A stretch of DNA of 64,000 bases from Verrucomicrobiota bacterium. Lineage in GTDB: Bacteria > Verrucomicrobiota > Verrucomicrobiia > Limisphaerales > UBA11358. Shown here one piece after another: positions 60,870 through 64,000 of the stretch. Positions within the stretch are counted from its first letter, which is position 1. Every line of letters begins with the position of its first letter. The notes below the pieces were generated by a model. It was not told the origin of the DNA and did not search any database. It was given only the letters and a program-made list of their open reading frames with translations. The position numbers were made by a program, and so were the translations under genes. Location: assembly GCA_049523455.1 (NCBI GenBank), contig JBEKMW010000006.1, positions 5,731-69,730 on the forward strand. The letters are read 5' to 3'.

Positions 60870-61559
60870 CTATGGAATCACCAGACGAAGCGTGTTGGTG
60901 GCTCCATTGCCCGCATCAAGGATGGCCGAATTCACACCGCCCGACGCATATGCGTTCACTGAACCATCGGCCGTGCCGATGTTTCCCACGCCGTCGTGCC
61001 GCTCTTTCGTCCACGCGAGAGAACCGCTCGTAGGCCGATTCAGAATTCCCGGTTTAACGCGAATCCCATTCACAGCCAGATCGTCGTCTCCATCGAGAAT
61101 TTGATCCGGCCGGCTAAGCGAATGATCCCCCTGGACCGGTTGATTCATAGAATGGTCCCAAACATCCATATTGAAGAAATAGCTGATGTTCGCGTCACTG
61201 AAACCGGTGATAAAATCCGTGGCTGCCGTGCGCCCGGTGTCAGCCGGACAGTAAAGAAATTTGGGCGCGCTGAGTCCATTGGACAGTGCCTGCCACCAAA
61301 CATAGGCCTTCCCGCTGCCGAGCAACTTCAGCGTCTCACTGTTGGTCAGCGCAGATTCTGTTGAGTCTCCGATATATGCGCTCAGGGCAACACCAATCTG
61401 ATGAAGATTATTGGCGCAGACGCTGATTTGTTCTCTGTGCTTCGCTCGAACGAACGCGCCAGGCAACACGATTGCCACCAATGATGCGATCGCAATGATA
61501 ACTGCCAGTTCAGTGCGGGTGAATGCTTGCAAACAACCTGAGGCTGATTGGGTTTTCAT
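60870..61559 (-). CDS. prepilin-type N-terminal cleavage/methylation domain protein of the H-X9-DG family (paralog)
   Basis: MKTQSASGCLQA/FTRTELAVIIAIASL, FLYCPAD, HDGVGNIGTADGSV (H-x9-DG). Confidence 0.85.
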   Translation of the reverse strand: MKTQSASGCLQAFTRTELAVIIAIASLVAIVLPGAFVRAKHREQISVCANNLHQIGVALSAYIGDSTESALTNSETLKLLGSGKAYVWWQALSNGLSAPKFLYCPADTGRTAATDFITGFSDANISYFFNMDVWDHSMNQPVQGDHSLSRPDQILDGDDDLAVNGIRVKPGILNRPTSGSLAWTKERHDGVGNIGTADGSVNAYASGGVNSAILDAGNGATNTLRLVIP

Positions 61560-61578
61560 AAGCCTGATTTAAATACAA

Positions 61579-61593
61579 GCATCGCCAATGCCA
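61579..61593 (-). promoter_or_regulatory. -24/-12 (sigma-54-type) promoter motif, second copy
   Basis: Minus strand TGGCAT-TGGCG-ATGC, with the same 19-nt distance to the ATG as the first copy. The flanking CCGCTTGGCATTGGCSATGCTTRT is conserved between copies. Confidence 0.4.
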
Positions 61594-61645
61594 AGCGGAA
61601 TTATGCGCCACGCGGGCGCACACCATGTGGGCCTACGCGCACTTT

Positions 61646-61758
61646 GGACTGCGTCGGCAAAGCGCAGCGGCGACGGCGTTTTCGGAGGCCACGACACCCG
61701 CATCTGCCTCGCGCGGTTTCCCAAAAGCGGTGTCGCGCTTCGCTTGCCACCGCAGTCC
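61646..61758. repeat. long imperfect inverted repeat (REP-like)
   Basis: GGACTGCGTCGGCAAAGCGCAGCGGCGACGGCGTTTTCGG (61646-61685) against CCAAAAGCGGTGTCGCGCTTCGCTTGCCACCGCAGTCC (61721-61758). Confidence 0.55.
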
Positions 61759-61826
61759 ATGACGCTTTGGGTTATCGTTCCGCCAACGATTCCATTTACC
61801 CATTACAAACGTCGAAGAACCTGAAA

Positions 61827-62213
61827 CTACCGTTCGTCGGATTCCTCGTCGGCGGGCGCGCCGGAACGCCAGCGGCCTTTTTGCCAGACATACACGTTGC
61901 CCTGCTGCACCCACTTGCCCGGAAGCCAGATGTCGCCCGGATGCGGCCGTGGCCGCCAATGGCCCTGCACCCAGACCCATTGGCCGCGCCAGGCCCAGTG
62001 GCCGGGAATGAAGTACCATAACGTCCGCGGACCGGGCGGGCTGGGAATCACGTCCTTTTGATTATCCGGCGGCGCCTGGGTTGGCTGGCCGGCATAGGTG
62101 GTGTCCGCGGTCGCAACTTGCGGACCGACGTTGGTTGGCGGAGGCGACGCGCAGCCCGCGATGAGTAGCATGGCGGCGGTTGCGGCCAGCATTTCGATGG
62201 TAATAGGTCGCAT
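61827..62213 (-). CDS. Trp-rich lipoprotein (YXWGXW-type repeats)
   Basis: Likely start ATG 62213: MRPITIEMLAATAAMLLIAGC (lipobox). WYFIPGHWAWRGQWVWVQGHWRPRPHPGDIWLPGKWV. Confidence 0.7.
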   Translation of the reverse strand: MRPITIEMLAATAAMLLIAGCASPPPTNVGPQVATADTTYAGQPTQAPPDNQKDVIPSPPGPRTLWYFIPGHWAWRGQWVWVQGHWRPRPHPGDIWLPGKWVQQGNVYVWQKGRWRSGAPADEESDER

Positions 62214-62310
62214 ATTATTCCTTAATGCCCCAATATCCGCGCTTTTTCCGAATTTGCAACGGATTAAAAGGCCCGGTATTGGGCCAATATGGTTTGAAAT
62301 TCCGCCTTCA

Positions 62311-62400
62311 GTAGGGTAGGCGAAGTGGGCAGAGGCGGATTGCACTGACTGTAGTTGTCAGTGCCGCATTGACCACTTCGCCTACTCTACTTCCGGCGGA
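62311..62400. other. nested stem-loop between the two lipoprotein genes
   Basis: GTAGGGTAGGCGAAGTGG (62311-62328) pairs 17/18 with CCACTTCGCCTACTCTAC (62383-62400). Inner hairpin GCACTGAC...GTCAGTGC (62342-62364). Confidence 0.55.
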
Positions 62401-62454
62401 CCGCGTAAACGCGGAACTCCAAACGTTTTGCGAAAAGGCGCACCAATAAAAGCT

Positions 62455-62488
62455 GATAGCCACCGGCAGGTTCATGCCGGTGGCTATC
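62455..62488 (-). terminator. intrinsic terminator candidate after the upstream lipoprotein gene
   Basis: Minus strand GATAGCCACCGGCA-TGAACC-TGCCGGTGGCTATC followed by AGCTTTTATTGG. It starts 17 nt after the stop at 62505. Confidence 0.55.
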
Positions 62489-62504
62489 TGCCATGCAGAA
62501 AGGT

Positions 62505-62879
62505 TCAACGCCAGTAACCCTCGACCCAAACGCGCCGGTGGCCGTGCCAGCCCCATCCGCCGGCAACCCATATCGCGCCAGGATGTGGACGGTGCGCCCA
62601 GCGGCCGCCGACCCACACCCAGTGTCCACGCCATACCCATGCGCCCGGGACCCAGAACCAAACGGCGTCCGGTCCGGGAGGAGCGGGCTGGACTTCCACC
62701 TGCACCGGCGGCGGAGCCGGCGCCTCCTCCACCACTGCGCTGGGCGGCGGGCCCGGCGGGGGCGCGGCGGTTACGGGCGGGGGTGGCGGCGGGGGTGGCG
62801 GACTTTGGGCCACACAGCCCGCGAGCATCGGCAGGCCGGTGGCGATAATCAAACCTTTCATCAGAACTGATCTTTTCAT
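62505..62879 (-). CDS. Trp-rich lipoprotein (YXWGXW-type repeats) with poly-Pro linker
   Basis: MKRSVLMKGLIIATGLPMLAGC (lipobox), PPPPPPPPP run, WFWVPGAWVWRGHWVWVGGRWAHRPHPGAIWVAGGWGW. Confidence 0.7.
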   Translation of the reverse strand: MKRSVLMKGLIIATGLPMLAGCVAQSPPPPPPPPPVTAAPPPGPPPSAVVEEAPAPPPVQVEVQPAPPGPDAVWFWVPGAWVWRGHWVWVGGRWAHRPHPGAIWVAGGWGWHGHRRVWVEGYWR

Positions 62880-62983
62880 AGTTGTTTCCTCAGACGTTTA
62901 TCTCACAACTACAGTTACAGTAAGTTTCCACGCTCCTTGCACGGTTTTGGCCGGAAACATAATTTTGACCAGTATTATGGTTT

Positions 62984-64000
62984 CTACGCGGCCTCCGCCC
63001 GTCGCACCGGCGCGTGGCGGACGCGTTTGAACAACAGGATGAGCGGCAGGCAGCACAGCACGAGCAGCCCGAAGACGCGGAAGGTGTCCACGAACGCCCA
63101 CAAATGGGCCTGCTGGTTGAGCAGGTTGTAAATCAGCCCGTATGCCTGGCCCGTGGCCGTAACCGGGTCGCTGTGCCGGGCGAGGAACGCCTGGCTGGCG
63201 TGGAGGCGATGCACGAAGACGGGGTCCGACGGCGTCAAATATCCGACCATCAGCGCCTGGTGCGCCTGGGCGCCGCGGGCGACGAGGGTGGTGACCAGCG
63301 CGATGCCGACGCTGCCGCCGAGGTTAAGCACGAGATTGTAAAGGCCCGTGCCGCTCCCGATTTCCTGCTGGCGCAACTGGCTCATCGTCGCCGTCGTCAG
63401 GGGCACGAAGATGAAACTGGTGGCCACGCCGTTCAACACGGTCGGGAAAACAACGCTGGCCATGCTCACCTGGAGATTGATTCCGCTCAAGAGGTATAAC
63501 GACAGGCTCAACAGCGAGAAGCCAATGAACAAGAGCACGCGGGTCCGAATTTTGCCGACGAGGCGTCCGACGAAGAAGGTGGTCAGAAAAGCCGCCACCC
63601 CACGCGGGCTCATGGTTAACCCGCTTTGCAGCGCCGGATAGCCCATCAGCGTTTGCAAGAACAACGGTAACTCGGCCGTGGTGCCGTACAGGATGATGCC
63701 GATGACGGTCATCAACATCAGCCCGGTGGCAAAGTTCCGGCTGCGCAAAATCCGCAGGTTCACCAGCGGATGTTCCACCCGGAATTCCCACACGACGAAT
63801 GAAACGAAGGCGACCAACGAGATGACGACGAACCACCGAATCCACACCGCGCCCAGCCAGTCGGCTTCCTGGCCCTTGTCCAACACGACTTGCAGTGCGG
63901 CCAGCCAGAGGGCGAGCAGGCCAAAGCCGACAAAATCAATCGCCGCCTTCATGTTGCGTTTGATGTAAGGCGGATCCTCGATCAGCCATTGCGCCAGGAA
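62984..64000 (-). CDS. MFS transporter, DHA2 (EmrB/QacA-like), C-terminal part; gene continues beyond window end
   Basis: ORF 62984..63952, and the frame stays open to 64000 (FLAQWLIEDPPYIKRNMKAAIDF...). ...QTLMGYPALQSGLTMSPRGVAAF... is typical of 14-TM DHA2 exporters. Confidence 0.8.
   Translation of the reverse strand, partial: FLAQWLIEDPPYIKRNMKAAIDFVGFGLLALWLAALQVVLDKGQEADWLGAVWIRWFVVISLVAFVSFVVWEFRVEHPLVNLRILRSRNFATGLMLMTVIGIILYGTTAELPLFLQTLMGYPALQSGLTMSPRGVAAFLTTFFVGRLVGKIRTRVLLFIGFSLLSLSLYLLSGINLQVSMASVVFPTVLNGVATSFIFVPLTTATMSQLRQQEIGSGTGLYNLVLNLGGSVGIALVTTLVARGAQAHQALMVGYLTPSDPVFVHRLHASQAFLARHSDPVTATGQAYGLIYNLLNQQAHLWAFVDTFRVFGLLVLCCLPLILLFKRVRHAPVRRAEAA

Noticed and set aside
61569-61760. 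63-aa ORF MDCGGKRSATPLLGNRARQ...
   Set aside because: It lies entirely within the long inverted repeat 61646-61758. I interpret it as a translated REP element, not a gene.
1-64000. tRNA, rRNA, tmRNA or riboswitch genes
   Set aside because: I scanned the spacers for T-loop (GGTTCGAATCC-like) and other hallmark words and found none. The only GGTTCGAA occurrence (52839-52846) is at the start of a CDS. A covariance-model scan (tRNAscan-SE or Infernal) would be needed to be certain.

Overview
GC-rich bacterial chromosomal window. It most likely comes from a PVC-group (Verrucomicrobiota-like) organism. This is an inference from the H-X9-DG prepilin paralogs, the Trp-rich YXWGXW-type lipoproteins and the style of the GC-rich REP-like intergenic repeats.

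Core blocks:
- rpsL-rpsG-fusA, rplU-rpmA and obg on the minus strand (2.0-7.3 kb).
- A Gfo/Idh/MocA oxidoreductase plus lpxB (7.4-9.9 kb).
- mreB-mreC-mreD-mrdA-rodA-rng on the plus strand (40.0-47.9 kb).

Accessory blocks:
- An ~18 kb surface-glycan locus (10.4-28.0 kb) with five GT4/GT2 glycosyltransferases, four methyltransferase-like genes, a Wzx-like flippase, a Wzy_C/O-antigen-ligase-like protein, a GT-C-like membrane protein and a subtilase-like protein. It is punctuated by a modular MITE-like repeat.
- The hopanoid side-chain radical-SAM pair hpnH-hpnJ.
- Two type II toxin-antitoxin pairs, plus PIN, ORF6N and DUF899 relics.
- A zinc-ribbon-MoxR / DUF58 / DUF4129 operon.
- An apparently intact group IIC intron sitting directly 3' of a REP-like hairpin.
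- Two tandem H-X9-DG pseudopilin-like genes, each preceded by the same -24/-12 (sigma-54-type) motif.
- Two Trp-rich lipoproteins.

Many spacers, including those inside the ribosomal and mre/mrd operons, are built from stuttered 8-11 nt words that often form perfect hairpins. I saw no rRNA, tRNA or CRISPR array.

I cannot show from sequence alone that any of this is a genuinely new system. The candidates most worth follow-up are the intron/REP target, the sigma-54-motif pseudopilin/lipoprotein block, the Zn-ribbon MoxR operon, the repeat-punctuated glycan locus and the rodA RBS-sequestering hairpin. All function calls rest on my reading of the translated ORFs and on remembered family motifs. 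No database search was run.
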